Assembly: GCA_964016885.1 (NCBI GenBank)
Contig: OZ024745.1
Span: 53,382,001 to 53,446,000, forward strand
Direction: 5' to 3'
DNA from: Eledone cirrhosa
Taxonomy: Eukaryota
DNA: 64,000 nt
Both the position numbers and the translations under genes were made by a program. How positions within the stretch are numbered: position 1 is the stretch's first letter; every line of letters begins with the position of its first letter. This document shows, one piece after another, positions 11,075-25,020 of this stretch. The notes under the pieces are model-generated. The model was not told the DNA's origin. It did no database searches and worked only from the letters and a program-made list of their open reading frames with translations.

Positions 11075-11470
11075 TGTAACTGTAGAAAGAAGTCAGAATG
11101 CCCCTTACAAAATAACTGCCTTGACAAGAATCTAGTATATAAATGTACCATTAAGACAAATAATAATATATACAACTACATTGGTGCCACTTCATCTAAA
11201 TTTAAGGTTCGTTGGTACAGTCATAAAAATTATTTTTCTAATCCAGATAAAACATTTTCAACTTCACTCTCACAATTAATATGGTCTTTGAAGGACAAGA
11301 ATATTAAATACTCCATCTCTTGGACACGGTTAGAAAATGCCAATTCCTATCAAAGCTTCCATTTCGCTAAATTGTAATCTTTGCAATCTTGAGACTCTAT
11401 TGATAATTACAAATTATACCAATTTAATTAACAAGAAAAATAAGTTATTTAGCAGCTGCCAACATAAATT
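11075..11470 (+). pseudogene. GIY-YIG endonuclease domain, Naiad-like PLE type
   Basis: CxC-X5-CPL-X3-C, VY...YIG, FKxR..H, CxxC and C-terminal CxH motifs, with one frameshift near 11370. The clade assignment is from motif recall. Confidence 0.8.
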
Positions 11471-12705
11471 CGGTAAAACATTCCAGGCATTGTTCCAGGC
11501 AAGTTTCGAAAAAATATTGACAATTAATAATAATTTTAAAAAATATATATTTAATTTTTTGCCTTACTGGGGTAATAATTTATTGATGTTTTATCTGTTA
11601 GAATAATTTCATTAAGAGTCTTTGTATCCTATGTTTTGTTTAGGACAGTTCAATATTTAACTTGGCAATTGTTGATTTATGGTTTAGAATTATCACTAGA
11701 TTTCAGAGTAGTTAAATGTTCACATATGGTGAATGAGTTATCTTCTTTTTGTTTACATTCTTCGTAAATACTTTTATTCTGTTTGAATAGCTTACTAAAT
11801 TATATTAGACATGAATTATGTAGTTTAATAATATAAGAATATCTTTAAAAGGAAACTATAGTAATATATAATTACTGAAGTAACTATAAATTAACGGAAT
11901 AAAACTTTTGAGATTAAATATAACAGCAATTTAATCCTGTAATTATATGATAATTAAAGAATAGAAATGATTTTATAAAGTAAATATCCTATTTAAATTA
12001 AATAATTCGGCTAAAAAATTATCTTAATATATTATATATATTTATGGTGAGATATGCATGTATTTTAATATATATTTTAAATGCATGTTTTATAATTATT
12101 TTAATTTGTTTTAAAGATAAAACTTTTTAAATTTGTAACAAAATACTTAAAAAGTTTACTTAAACTAAAATTATAATTTATAATGAGTTAAATTAAATTA
12201 TATAAATTTTAAATTAAACCAATTATGTGACGGATATAAAAAGTAATGTATATTGTCTAATTTTGATATAATATATAAGTATAATTAGCTTAACCCTAAT
12301 CAAGTACAAGAGATATTCAATGGTTTATGGTAATTGATTGGTTGCCCCAATTGACCTAATATTTGAAAACAACGGTTTCTTCTATATATCCTAACATATA
12401 TTTTATGTTCCCTCTCTTTTGTCGTTATTTCTCCTTTCTTCTTCTTTTATTCATTTAAATATTTATGTATGTATTTATTTATTTATTATTATTTTTCATT
12501 TTTTATTTCTATCTTTCTTTCTTTTTCTTGCCTTCCTCCTCTTTACACCCTCTCGTATATCTCTAATGCGCTCCATGTCCTTTTCTTCGTTATGTTTATA
12601 ATATTATTATTTGTGGTATATAAATGTTGAGATTTGATGAAATAAATCACTGCCAATACTTGAATTGAAATATCAAGACCGTAGAGGTATGTCATATATC
12701 AAATC

Positions 12706-12780
12706 ATATATTTTATCTGACGAGGACGTACTGAAAAACAACACAGTACCTTCAAAATATATATAATAAAGCATATATTT
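12706..12780 (+). ncRNA. Type I hammerhead ribozyme motif, probably inactive (GAAA changed to AAAA)
   Basis: tattttat-CTGACGA-ggacgtactg..cagtaccttc-AAAA-tatata-TA-ataaa. Same family as the copy at 16040. Confidence 0.65.
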
Positions 12781-13898
12781 TGATTATGTGAATATCTTCA
12801 TTTGTTAATATTTTGAATAATATATATATATATCCTATGACATTATCAGAAATTGTCAAAAACAATCTATTCTGCACTGCGTAAAACTTTCTAGATTATC
12901 CATTTACTGTATAGATTTCGATTGAAATTTTTCAGTGAGAACGTAAACAAAATTCTATAATCAAATTAGAATTAAAGAAATCTTTTAAAATACACCTAGA
13001 AATGTTCATTGCAAAAAATAACGATACAACCTTGAATCCGAAAATATCTCAAGAAAATGTTTTTTGTACATTTACTTTTTCTTAGATTTTTGTCTAAATT
13101 TTACTTTTTAATTTGTATTTTTATTTAATTATTTTCTATTCGTTTATGTTTATATCAGGTAAAGGATTCAAATATACAGTCGTGTGAATTATATCGGCTG
13201 TTGTTTCATCTTTAATTGAAATAGTTTCTGAAAGAAATAAAATGAATTTTATTGATTACCAATGTTAATACAGGTATTTGGTTAGCATAATCCCATAATC
13301 CATGGAGATTTTGGATTTCCGCTAAAGGCAACGTTACAACCGTGATAATTTAACTTGACCCTGAATATTCAAGAACAATGATGAATGCTTTTGTTGCAAA
13401 CACTTTTACAACATGATTATTTTGCAACTAATGTTATTGGTTTTGTTGATGCTGTGGTTGTTGTTTAAGCTTCAGGTGAATCCCGATAAAACAAAACAAG
13501 GATGTGAGATTTTGCTTCAATAAGCATACCAGCATATTGTTTTATTTCTCTCAGTATATATGCTGTTTCCTTTTCATGTAGATTGAATAGACTTCTGCAC
13601 AGTTTATTTTCACTCACAAGACTTGGGGACCAAAATCTAGCATAGTATATACAGGATATGGTCCATTTGACAAGCTCAAGAAGTGAATATCAGGGATAGT
13701 ATAAGAAACTATTTTTATCTAGATAATAATGATTTTTAATTGAGGAAGAAGGCCGTGAAATAAATCTTTCTAGCCAGAAGGATGAAATGAAAAATTGACA
13801 ACGGCGCATTTTGGAATCAAAGCATAGAAAGTCATGATTAAATACCGCAAACGCTACTGTTATTACCAATCCACCAAACTCTAGGGGCAATAGAGAAT

Positions 13899-14090
13899 AA
13901 TTGTTTCTACTTTTGGGCACAAGGCCAGCAATTATCCAGTGTATTACTGGTACTTTATTTTATCGACCCCATAAGGATGAAAGGCAAAGTTAACCTCGGT
14001 GGGATTTGAACTCAGAATGGCAAGGGCCGTAACACTATGCGTCAAAGCATGGCGTCCGACCCTCTACTGATACTGCCAATCCACTGTCCT
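13899..14090 (-). mobile_element. tRNA-derived SINE with 27-bp target-site duplication
   Basis: A and B boxes, central ttgcctttcatcctt..gggtcgataaaataaagtacc domain. caaactctaggggcaatagagaataat is repeated at 13875-13901 and 14096-14122. Confidence 0.9.
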
Positions 14091-14119
14091 TGGGGCAAAC
14101 TCTAGGGGCAATAGAGAAT

Positions 14120-14235
14120 AATGGCTTCTGATTTAGTCACAAGGCCAACATTTTTGGGGAAGGGGAAAGTCAATTAAATCGACACCAGTGCGTTACTGCT
14201 ATTTTATTTTATCGACCCGTAAGGATAAAAGGGTT
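14120..14235 (-). mobile_element. SINE 3' fragment, same family
   Basis: Tail and central domain similarity (cacaaggcc..., ttttatcgacccgtaaggat). Confidence 0.75.
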
Positions 14236-14843
14236 ACTCTGGTACAATTTCACACACATTTCAGTGGCGCTAAATCGATAAACCGACTGTAGTACTTCAT
14301 TAATATATTTAACGTATTATATTAACCTCAGTGAGAGGAAATAAAAGCTGAGGCCGGTGAAAGTTCAATCATAGAACATGAAAAAGAATGTAACTTAATA
14401 CTACAGTCATTTCATGTTGCGATCCTCTACTTCTGGAATCTCGTACAAACTTAAAATTTTTTGATAATATGTTATACTTCTGTTAATATAGACAGTGAGG
14501 GGAAAATGAAAGCAGCAAAATCAGATTTTGTTATGAATCGAATAGAACACATGTAGTTATTCATAGATATTCCGTTTTTAGAAGAAGAAAATACCCATAT
14601 TTAGATATCTTAAAAGATTCTTTAGAATAATGTCTTGGGTGTATTAAAACGGCCTTCACAATATGGGAGTTTACAACAGCTAAAGAAAAAATAATAGTAA
14701 AGAAAAGATAGTAAGGTCTGTTTCAGGCAGAACAGTACTACTATGCGCACTTGTCATCCAAATAAAAGTTAAAAGCTTAAATCAATTTCCTAAACAGCAT
14801 TAAGCCTCGGCCATAAACCATGCACGCCTTATCATTACTCTTC

Positions 14844-14928
<85 letters not shown>

Positions 14929-14998
14929 GGAGTGAAAATTTAAGTAAGTAAGTTCAAATTTTTTTTTAATTCTTTTTTTTAAATGTTCTTATTTTACG

Positions 14999-15206
<208 letters not shown>

Positions 15207-15345
15207 TAAATAAAATATATATACATATATGTGTGTGTATATATATATATGTATATATATGTATATATGTATATATATATGTATGTATATATATATATGC
15301 ATATATATATATATATATGTGTGTATATATATATGTATGTATATA

Positions 15346-15432
<87 letters not shown>

Positions 15433-15844
15433 TATGTAATAAACAACAAGATAATTATTTCATTTACCAGTGGTTTCTTGAAGGCATATGTTGTGTCTGT
15501 CTTCAGTCGTCAGAATGAATAAATAACATTTTATTAAATATGGATTTTAAAACAAAATTTAGGAAATATGAAAGTGAGGCTGAAAAAAACGGGCAAAAAG
15601 GAAATACAGGAAAAAAATATAAAAAATATAAAAAAATATATATAATAAAATGAACATACACACACTCAACTACGCGCATATACGTAATAGTACGTAGGCG
15701 TATACTTTCTCACATAAGCGTCTACATAGAAATACGAACAGGAACGTAAATACAGACACATACATTTACACAGATATATATGCACTCAAATATCTACACA
15801 CAAATACACACGCACACATATAAAAAGGAGGTGTACACACACAT

Positions 15845-16170
15845 GGTTCACTTCCAGTATTGGCAGTACTGGAAATGAACAATCAACACCGTTTGAGGTA
15901 TGTCATACATCAATTCATATATTTTATCTGACGAGGACGTACTGAAAAACAGCACAGTACCTGCCAATTCAGCACAGTATCTGCCAATACTGGAATTGAA
16001 CCATCAAGATCGTTGAGGTATGTCATACATCAATTCATGTATTTTATCTGACGAGGACGTACTGAAAAAACAGCACCTTCGAAATATATATAATAAAATA
16101 TATATTTTGATTATGTGAATGTCTTCATTTATTAATATAATATTCATTATTAATATAATATTTATATATA
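15845..16170 (+). mobile_element. Penelope-type terminal-repeat fragments: partial tandem (120-bp period) with short inverted 5' segment
   Basis: Two copies of gaggtatgtcatacatcaattcat..ctgacgaggacgtactg, homologous to 12650-12820. 15844-15866 is inverted relative to 15981-16003. Confidence 0.75.
16040..16102 (+). ncRNA. Type I hammerhead ribozyme, intact core, minimal palindromic stem III
   Basis: Stem I tattttat/ataaaata, CTGACGA at 16048-54, stem II gg..tc, GAAA at 16081, tatata, TA cleavage site. Confidence 0.8.
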
Positions 16171-16180
16171 TATATATATA

Positions 16181-16870
16181 AAATATGGGGAGAAGAATAC
16201 TGCATGGTTGCACATGGATTACATGTTATAAAATGAGTCCCTCATCAGTGATTTGCCAACGATCATTGATATTTCATCGCATTAAAAATCATATACCTCA
16301 CGTTGGTGCGATAATAACTAAAATAAGTTATTAGGACAATTGAAACGCGTAAAGCGAGTGAGACAAGTTAACAACACAGGGGAAAGCTAACCGAAGATGG
16401 AAAGAAACACAAGCAACATGGTTATTCTGTCAGCATAAGCTGTGTGAATATATGAGCGAGTTAGAAACAGACCTTTTGCTAGTGAATCCGATGTTAGAAA
16501 GAAGGAAAATCGGGTTCGTAGCGAACGGGAGGAGGTGAGAAGGGGAGAAACAGAGAGTGAGTGAGTGGAAGTGCGAGGAAGAGGTCAGTAGAGAGAAAGT
16601 GTTAACTGACATGACAGAGGGGACGAAAGAAAGTAAGAGAAACAGAAAGAACGAGGGAGCAGTAAGAGAGAAAGTGAGAAACACAGAATCGCAGTTTAGG
16701 TAAATATATGAAAAATATGGGGAGAAGAATACTGCATGGTTGCACATGGATTACATGTTATAAAATGAGTCCCTCATCAGTGATTTGCCAACGATCATTG
16801 GTATTTCATCGCATTAAAAATCATATACCTCACGTTGGTGCGATAATAACTAAAATAAGTTATTAGGACA
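16181..16870 (-). mobile_element. LTR-like 530-bp TG..CA unit plus 158-bp truncated tandem copy, inserted in (TA)n
   Basis: 16181-16338 is nearly identical to 16713-16870. On the minus strand the unit 16870->16341 starts TGTCCTAA and ends GTTTCA, followed by AT and TGTCC again. Confidence 0.55.
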
Positions 16871-16875
16871 TATAT

Positions 16876-16908
<33 letters not shown>

Positions 16909-17011
16909 AATATTATATTAATAATGAATATTATATTAATAAATGAAGACATTCACATAATCAAAATATATATTTTATATATTTATATATATATATATAA
17001 ATATATATATT

Positions 17012-17081
<70 letters not shown>

Positions 17082-17439
17082 AATTAAATTGAATATGATT
17101 CGCTGACAATAAAATGAAAGTGAATGAAAGTGAAAGGCACCTGCTTTTTCGTAGTAACTCTTCGCCATGAATATTTTATAATCGATAAAATTTATATTCA
17201 TTTGTAAACATTTCTTCCCGAATGATTTATTTGTGATATTTTTCGATACCGACCTTCTCTCTCACAACAGTCTGTTTTCTGTCAATTGTCGCTTACAATA
17301 TTTATTTTTTTTACGCGATTTAATGTTATTGATATAAATGTAAATACATAAAATATTAAAAAAGAAAGAAAAAATTAAGCGAATTTAAATAGCAAATGCT
17401 AGTGATAGGAGGAGGAAGGGGTTAACTGTACACCCTAGT

Positions 17440-18845
17440 CTAGGCAGTATGTCTCAGCTGCTTCCATGCATACAATGGCAAAGGTATGGCCAGTGACTGT
17501 TGCAGCATCAGCCTCACTACTTCATGAAGTTCCTTCCTTGTGTGTGATGCACTACCGATTTTACGTACCGACACAAAAAGGAAGCTGCTTGTCAGGGTTC
17601 GGTATTTAGCTGTCTTCTCATCTGCTTTACAGACAGTGTTGTCTGCATTTAGGACCGAAGCAACAAGATTGGTAGTGGAGACTATATCGCAGCATGTGGC
17701 ATCCATCTTGGCGAGACAGGCGGATATGAATCCTAGAAAGGAAGGATCTTGACTAATAGACCGATAGAACTTGCATACCTCATTCAATTTCATTCAGCTT
17801 CATTTTATTCAATAGTTTCTCAGTATGAGCCCCTTTTATTTTGTCTATTATTTTATACATCTAAATTCTACAGACACTAAATCTGTTTTAGAAAGACAGT
17901 AAAATACAATCTGGAAATAAAGTAGTGAAATTTACACTTATACATTATATTTCAATTTTTCGAGATTAAAACATAGGTGTGTGTCTAGCTGGAATCTTTT
18001 GTACAGTGGGTGATATGAAACTCTTAGGAAAGCTGGACAGCAGAAGGTCTTCAGAGAAGAAATTGCCCTCGTGTAAGTGTTTCGGTTATAACAGCAAATT
18101 TCCTTTATTGTGTTCGGGTGCTGTGATAATGCCTTTGTTATCTTGAGTGTGATCTACTTTCACTGTTATATGAATTAGTAGTTTGCGGGCATTTCTTTCG
18201 ATATAATTTCCAACAGATTAATTTCAAGCTATGTGGTAGACAATATAAAACCACAAGCACAGATTTTTTGGAGTCCACAGGTTGTTTGTTCAGTGCATCA
18301 CTACGGATTCCTTGACGGATTGCAGCAGGAGTTCTCTTATTAACATATGGTAGTTTCAGAAAGCATATAATATCTTTGAACATATGAATTGTTTTGGCAG
18401 TACATTGACATGCTGGTATTTGGCAAATGATTCTATTCTATTAGATTTGGGGACTGGTTTGTGCTGAACAACTAACCTGCTGCCACACTGGACCAGTTGC
18501 GTATCCAGAAAATCTGATTCTGAAGATAACCTTAGCTCAGGTTCATAGAGCTGAGTTATATTACACAAATAGTGAGGATTTGAAGAGCACATAACTAGAG
18601 AAATTATGCAGAAGTAGCATGACTTAAGCAATTCAGTCGGTCCATATATTTGATTACTAATAAATTGTGTAGACTTGACCCCATCTGTACGGTTGAAATC
18701 TGCAAGGAAATGAATTTATGAAGATGAGAATATGTGTTGTTTACTATGATGGCGAGGAAATCCTGAGGGTGTATAACCGAATCAATTGAGGTCAAGTGAA
18801 GTGATGACACGGTCGATTCTGAGGTTGCCTTGCTTCTAGTAGTAT
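17440..18845 (-). pseudogene. Highly decayed CRE-clade non-LTR retrotransposon (RT remnant plus restriction-like endonuclease)
   Basis: LNE..PSFL..DATCCD..AD.K.AKYRTL..FLFVSV..LQQSLAI resembles the CRE-type RLE consensus (WDATCxDT..AE..K..KY..L..F.P..QRLSLAI). Upstream fragments only weakly resemble RT. Confidence 0.55.
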
Positions 18846-18981
18846 TCATGCACACATACATACACACACATATATATATGTATATATATACAAATATATA
18901 TGTATATATATATATATATATACAAATATATATATATATATAATATAATATAAGATCAAAAGATGGTTAAAAGAGTTCCAA

Positions 18982-19054
<73 letters not shown>

Positions 19055-19120
19055 TATATTCATATATATATTTAATATAGAAAAGCTTCTTCAGGACTAG
19101 AACTGTTTCATTCGTGAGAA

Positions 19121-19179
<59 letters not shown>

Positions 19180-19183
19180 AATA

Positions 19184-19265
<82 letters not shown>

Positions 19266-19301
19266 AATATATATGTATATATATATATTTATATGTATAT
19301 A

Positions 19302-19397
<96 letters not shown>

Positions 19398-19399
<2 letters not shown>

Positions 19400-20460
19400 T
19401 GCAACTGGTCACTTTTAGGCTCTATGAAGAATTAATAAATTAAATAATCAGAGCAATATATCATAAATCATGTCCTTAGAATTATTAGATAAAATATTTA
19501 CCGTTTCCTCTTCCAATTAGCATAATTAACCATATAAAAAATCAATTAGACCAAGCTATAAGAAGAAAGGCTCTTATGAAGAAATCTCTGACAAATAACC
19601 GAGAGTGGCCTCTTCGCGGTGGCCCCAATAGAGTATTTATCCAACATTTCGACAGCATGTAGAAACTGACTAAATATACCATCAACCATACACAATTAGG
19701 TGTTGATTTTTTATATGGTTAATTATATGGTTAATTGTGCTAATTGGAAGAGGAAACGGTATATATTTTATCTAATAATTCTAAGGACATGATTTATGAT
19801 ATATTGCTCTGATTATTTAATTTATTAATTCTTCATAGAGCCTAAAAGTGACCGGTTGCAGCATATATATCTATAACTTTATGTATATGTAAACCTTTAT
19901 ATTTAACAATCTCCCGTTAGGTTGAGATTCAATTTGGCGATATTTGGCTGCGCTTTCTAGCAACAAGCGTACCCGCCGTTAGCAACCAATCACATTCTTT
20001 CTAGCTTGACCACAGCCACATAGCGATTCTTAGCCATTTTTGAATCTAATTTTGGCGCGATCAAGTTGGAAAACTAAATGTCTGATTTTGAGTTTGTCTC
20101 CTGATGAATCCTAACTCAAGACATTCCTATTAATTGGATGTCTAAAAATACGGATGAAACCATGGTAGAGATATAATTACGGTATGTACACATTTCTTCT
20201 AAGTTTAATTTTACACCGAATTGTGTATGGTTGATTGTATATTTAGTCAGTTTCTACATGCTGTCGAAATGTTGGATAAATACTCTATTGGGGCCACCGC
20301 GAAGAGGCCACTCTCGGTTATTTGTCAGAGATTTCTTCATAAGAGCCTTTCTTCTTATAGCTTGGTCTAATTGATTTTTTATATGGTTAATTATGCTAAT
20401 TGGAAGAGGAAACGGTATATATTTTATCTAATAATTCTAAGGACATGATTTATGATATAT
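19398..20460 (+). mobile_element. Non-coding Penelope/retrozyme-like element with inverted and direct terminal repeats and a hammerhead
   Basis: 19398-19697 is the reverse complement of 19703-19866 and 20220-20460. 19703-19803 recurs directly at 20371-20460. Flanked by (TA)n, with no ORF. Confidence 0.75.
20094..20175 (+). ncRNA. Type I hammerhead ribozyme, intact core, long stem II
   Basis: tgtctc-CTGATGA-atcc..(agacattc/gatgtct)..ggat-GAAAC-catg-GTA-gagata. Confidence 0.85.
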
Positions 20461-20895
20461 ATATATATATACATAATTCTTCGGCTCTGTTTAATTACAT
20501 TGAGCTATACCTTTACTGTCATTTCTATAATACGAAGAGGGTGTTTAACTCCAACACACTCTAGTATTTTAATTCTTATATATATATATATATATATATA
20601 TTGGAAAAGAGAAGTGTGGTTCTATACAAAATAGTGGATATAGAGAAAAGATGAAGTGCTGTGCTTTGGGTTGTTGGGTTGATGAACATTTGCGTGTTTT
20701 GCTTTATCTATACCGTTATTAATTATGTTAAGTGGGAACAGCATATTTTTCACATCAACAAAACAACTTATTCTCACTCCCAGCCAACTTTTCAAGAAGC
20801 ATGATGGAAGAAATTTTACTCAAACATTCGATTTTAATTTTAATTTTAAACCTTCTTTTACTCCTACCAACTCTTTTTAATTAACTTTTTTCACT

Positions 20896-20940
20896 GAATT
20901 TGACAAGATGGATCTTAATACATCGAAACCGGTAATTTTC
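20896..20940 (+). ncRNA. Degenerate hammerhead motif
   Basis: gaat-TTGACAA-gatg..catc-GAAAC-cg-GTA-attt, with two core substitutions. Confidence 0.45.
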
Positions 20941-21320
20941 TCTTATACTTCATATACTTCATAAAAAAATTTAAAAAAAGAATTATCCCTCTCTTTTTTT
21001 AATAACATTATCTTTTTAATAACACTATCTTTTCAATAATGTCACTTTGACGAATCAAAAAAGAAAAACAGACCCTTAAATATATCTCCCGTGTTATTTC
21101 CAACTTCATCTTTTCTCTCTCTCTATATATATATATATATATTTAAGTCTGTGTGTCTACGTATATACGACGAAAGTACTTGACCACCAGTCACCCGTTG
21201 GGTCACGTCCACGTAAGAATATTTTTTAAAATCATGTTCACTTAAAAAGAATTTTTAAATAATTAAAATATACACAGACATATATAAGGTAAAATGAATT
21301 TGGAAGGCCCATATATATGC

Positions 21321-21396
<76 letters not shown>

Positions 21397-21420
21397 GGAG
21401 GGTCACAGACACATACACAC

Positions 21421-21512
<92 letters not shown>

Positions 21513-21926
21513 GATTGATGTCTGGAATATATTCTTTGGTTTAAGAGTTCTAAAGAAAGTGAAGCATAATTAGGTAGCCTAAACGTTAGGGGCAAAATAT
21601 CTGGAAAAAGTTAGGCGTAGACTTGTAAGATAATTTTGTAAAGGAGGCTAACTTATTTTCATAGAAATAGAGATATTTTAGAGTGCCTAAGGGTCATTCG
21701 ATTGTTAAGGAAATGGGTTTTTTTAAAGCGGCTCTGCGATATGCCTACATACCTTTTTGGTGGTTTTCATTGGTGGAGGTCACTTCTATTCGATATATCA
21801 CCATTGGAATGTTACATTATTAGTAAATACAGCATGTTACTGCTGCATGTGCGATCGTCTGTATATTTTTGAAGTGGAATTGAGTGTTAAGACATCTTTG
21901 GATATTTTAAACAGAGTTCTACAAGA

Positions 21927-21974
<48 letters not shown>

Positions 21975-22038
21975 ATAATAATAAATTTGAAGACTAAGGG
22001 TGAAAGCAGCGATTCTTTGCTTAAACTTTAATCTGTTA

Positions 22039-22123
<85 letters not shown>

Positions 22124-22182
22124 ATTATGTATATATATAAAAGACAGTGTTGTAGTTTGCTTGAAGCATTGTTGAATAGGAA

Positions 22183-22315
22183 ATATAAATTTAAATAATT
22201 TTGAAAATCATACAATGCATTAGAAAATTAAAGGTGCCAAGAGAACAATTTTTATCTTGGCACCTTTAATTTTCTAATACATTGTATGGTTTTCAAAATT
22301 ATTTGAATTTATATA
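22183..22315. repeat. Long fold-back palindrome (~58-bp arms, ~12-nt loop)
   Basis: atataaatttaaataattttgaaaatcatacaatgcattagaaaattaaaggtgccaaga is followed by its reverse complement with about 3 mismatches. Confidence 0.9.
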
Positions 22316-22370
22316 TACATAATAAAAAGAGCAAGGAAATTCAACATATTTGGCCGCCTGTCATTTTACT

Positions 22371-22402
<32 letters not shown>

Positions 22403-23179
22403 CATTTAAAATATATGATAAACACGAAATGTGTTTATATTGCAACAGACAAAGTTAGCTATTAATGAAATAAACTAATTAAAGTGAATACAATTTGTCT
22501 GTCTCGATATAAGTCAATAAAGACAAGCTTATATTGGCAACGGCCATGATTCCTGGACAGATTTAAATTTCAAAATTCAAACCTGTTCTGTAGACGAATT
22601 TGAACCTCGAAACCCAAATAAGTTTCGCAACGGTGGAATGTGAATTGAAAAATAAAGAGAATCGAAATGGAATAGAAATAAAAAAGTGAAATATCCAAAT
22701 CTTCTGTGCTTATTTAACTGCTCGGAAGAGCCCCTTTTCCTGGAGCTTAATTATTGTAAACGACTGAGAGTTTATTCTCAAAATATAATATAATATAATA
22801 TATATATATATATATATATACAATAGGTAAACACGACATAACTCGAACGAGAGAACAAACAATTAAAGTGTGAGAGTTTAAAACAATAAACGAAAGGAGT
22901 AAAAGAAGACACATGATCGAAAGAGCAGACAAATACCAAGCTTTCTAAAGTCATCTTTTTATGGTGAATAGAAAGAGAAGAAAAGAGCTGTGTTATTGGT
23001 CAAAACGAAGAGACTTAAGTAGAAATAAGACATATGGAACGATGCCAAGTAGGAGAACATATGTATAAATATATATGTATATGTAAGTATATATGCATTT
23101 ATATATGTATGTATAAATATATATATATATATATGTGTGTATATATGTGTGTCTGTGTGTAAGTGTGTGCATTTATATG

Positions 23180-23258
<79 letters not shown>

Positions 23259-23511
23259 GAGGGTGAGGAAAAATAGACAGAGAGACAACTCGTCGTGTAG
23301 ACGGGCAGAAGCTCGTTAGATATGTAGAAAGGTAGAGAAGTTTATATTCATATTTAACTATATTTATTGAATTAAAGAAATATGAATGTTGATACCATAA
23401 AAATGTATTCATTTCATTACCTTTCTCTCTCGATCTCTCGCTCCCTTTTACTGTCTGACGCACTCCCTTCTTTGCCTCTGTAGATATCTATCTATCTATC
23501 TATTTATCCAT

Positions 23512-23609
<98 letters not shown>

Positions 23610-23917
23610 ATATATATATATATGTGTGTGTGTGAGTGTGTATGTGTGTGTGTGGGTGCGTTCTATTATCGATAGATCAGCTTCTATAAGAAATTGTATG
23701 ATATAAATTTTTCCTTCTCAGAAGTCTAAGTTAAAAGAAGATTCGGGATTCTAGGAAAAGATCAGATAAAATTGATCAGACGGGAATGCAGAGTTGTTTA
23801 CACCAAAACTCCGAAATATATGCGTCCATGCGAGTATAAATATGCGTCTCACAATAGAATTAATGCTAAAATGTGTCTGTATATATATATGCATGTATGC
23901 ATGTATGTGTGTGCGTA

Positions 23918-23963
<46 letters not shown>

Positions 23964-23987
23964 AATATATATATATATGTATATAAT

Positions 23988-24020
<33 letters not shown>

Positions 24021-24022
24021 TC

Positions 24023-24054
<32 letters not shown>

Positions 24055-24129
24055 GTATGAATATATATATATGTATGTATATGTGTATATATATATATAT
24101 GTGTATATATATATGTGTATATATATGTG

Positions 24130-24166
<37 letters not shown>

Positions 24167-24169
24167 ATG

Positions 24170-24200
<31 letters not shown>

Positions 24201-24261
24201 ATATTCACACAGTAACAACGAATCTTAACGTTTCTCTGTTTGTCTCACCACCTCTCTCTCC

Positions 24262-24333
<72 letters not shown>

Positions 24334-24435
24334 ATCTATCTCTCTTTCTCTGTTTGTTTCTCTGTTTGCATATTCATGTACTTTTATGCACATAAATATA
24401 TATATTTGTTTAATATGTTTATATATATATCTGCG

Positions 24436-24467
<32 letters not shown>

Positions 24468-24919
24468 ATCATATTAACATATGTACATATATATGTTTGT
24501 GTGGATGTGTATATATGTGTGTTCCCTGCACTAATGTATCTATACATGAAAGTGAATGTATCATTTTGAGTGGTTCAAACCAATGTCGGTTAGTTTGCCT
24601 TGAAAACAGATTTTCTTCTCTACATGCATCATTAAACGCAGTTCTACTGTAATCTCTTGAGAAGTTTGAAGCTAAACTTTTTCATCTCTAGACTGTCACC
24701 TATTAGATCGTTGACCCAAGTTTTAATATTTATACACACTCAGATACATACATAAATATATATATATAGTTATGTATTTTTCTGTGTGTGTTTTTTGTTT
24801 AAAATTTATGTTATATGATTTTATTTGTAATATAAAATGTAGACATTTACTTGAGCACGCTAAAATAGAAAGGTTTTTAAAAAAACGTGATCGTTTATAT
24901 ATATATACGAGGATGTTTG

Positions 24920-25020
<101 letters not shown>

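Larger units (their letters stand above)
11018..12830 (+). mobile_element. Penelope-like element 3' half: GIY-YIG endonuclease, 3' region and hammerhead-bearing terminal repeat
   Basis: Manual translation from 11018: NNNNNNINSLRYRNNIEKKCNCRKKSECPLQNNCLDKNLVYKC..NYIGATSSKFKVRWYSH..TSLSQLIWSLK..W, then a frameshift, then CNLCNLE..CQHK. A hammerhead motif follows at 12706-12780. Confidence 0.8.

Noticed and set aside
16230-16290. Minus-strand GAAA...CTGATGA as a type II hammerhead
   Set aside because: Stems I and II do not pair in the required register.
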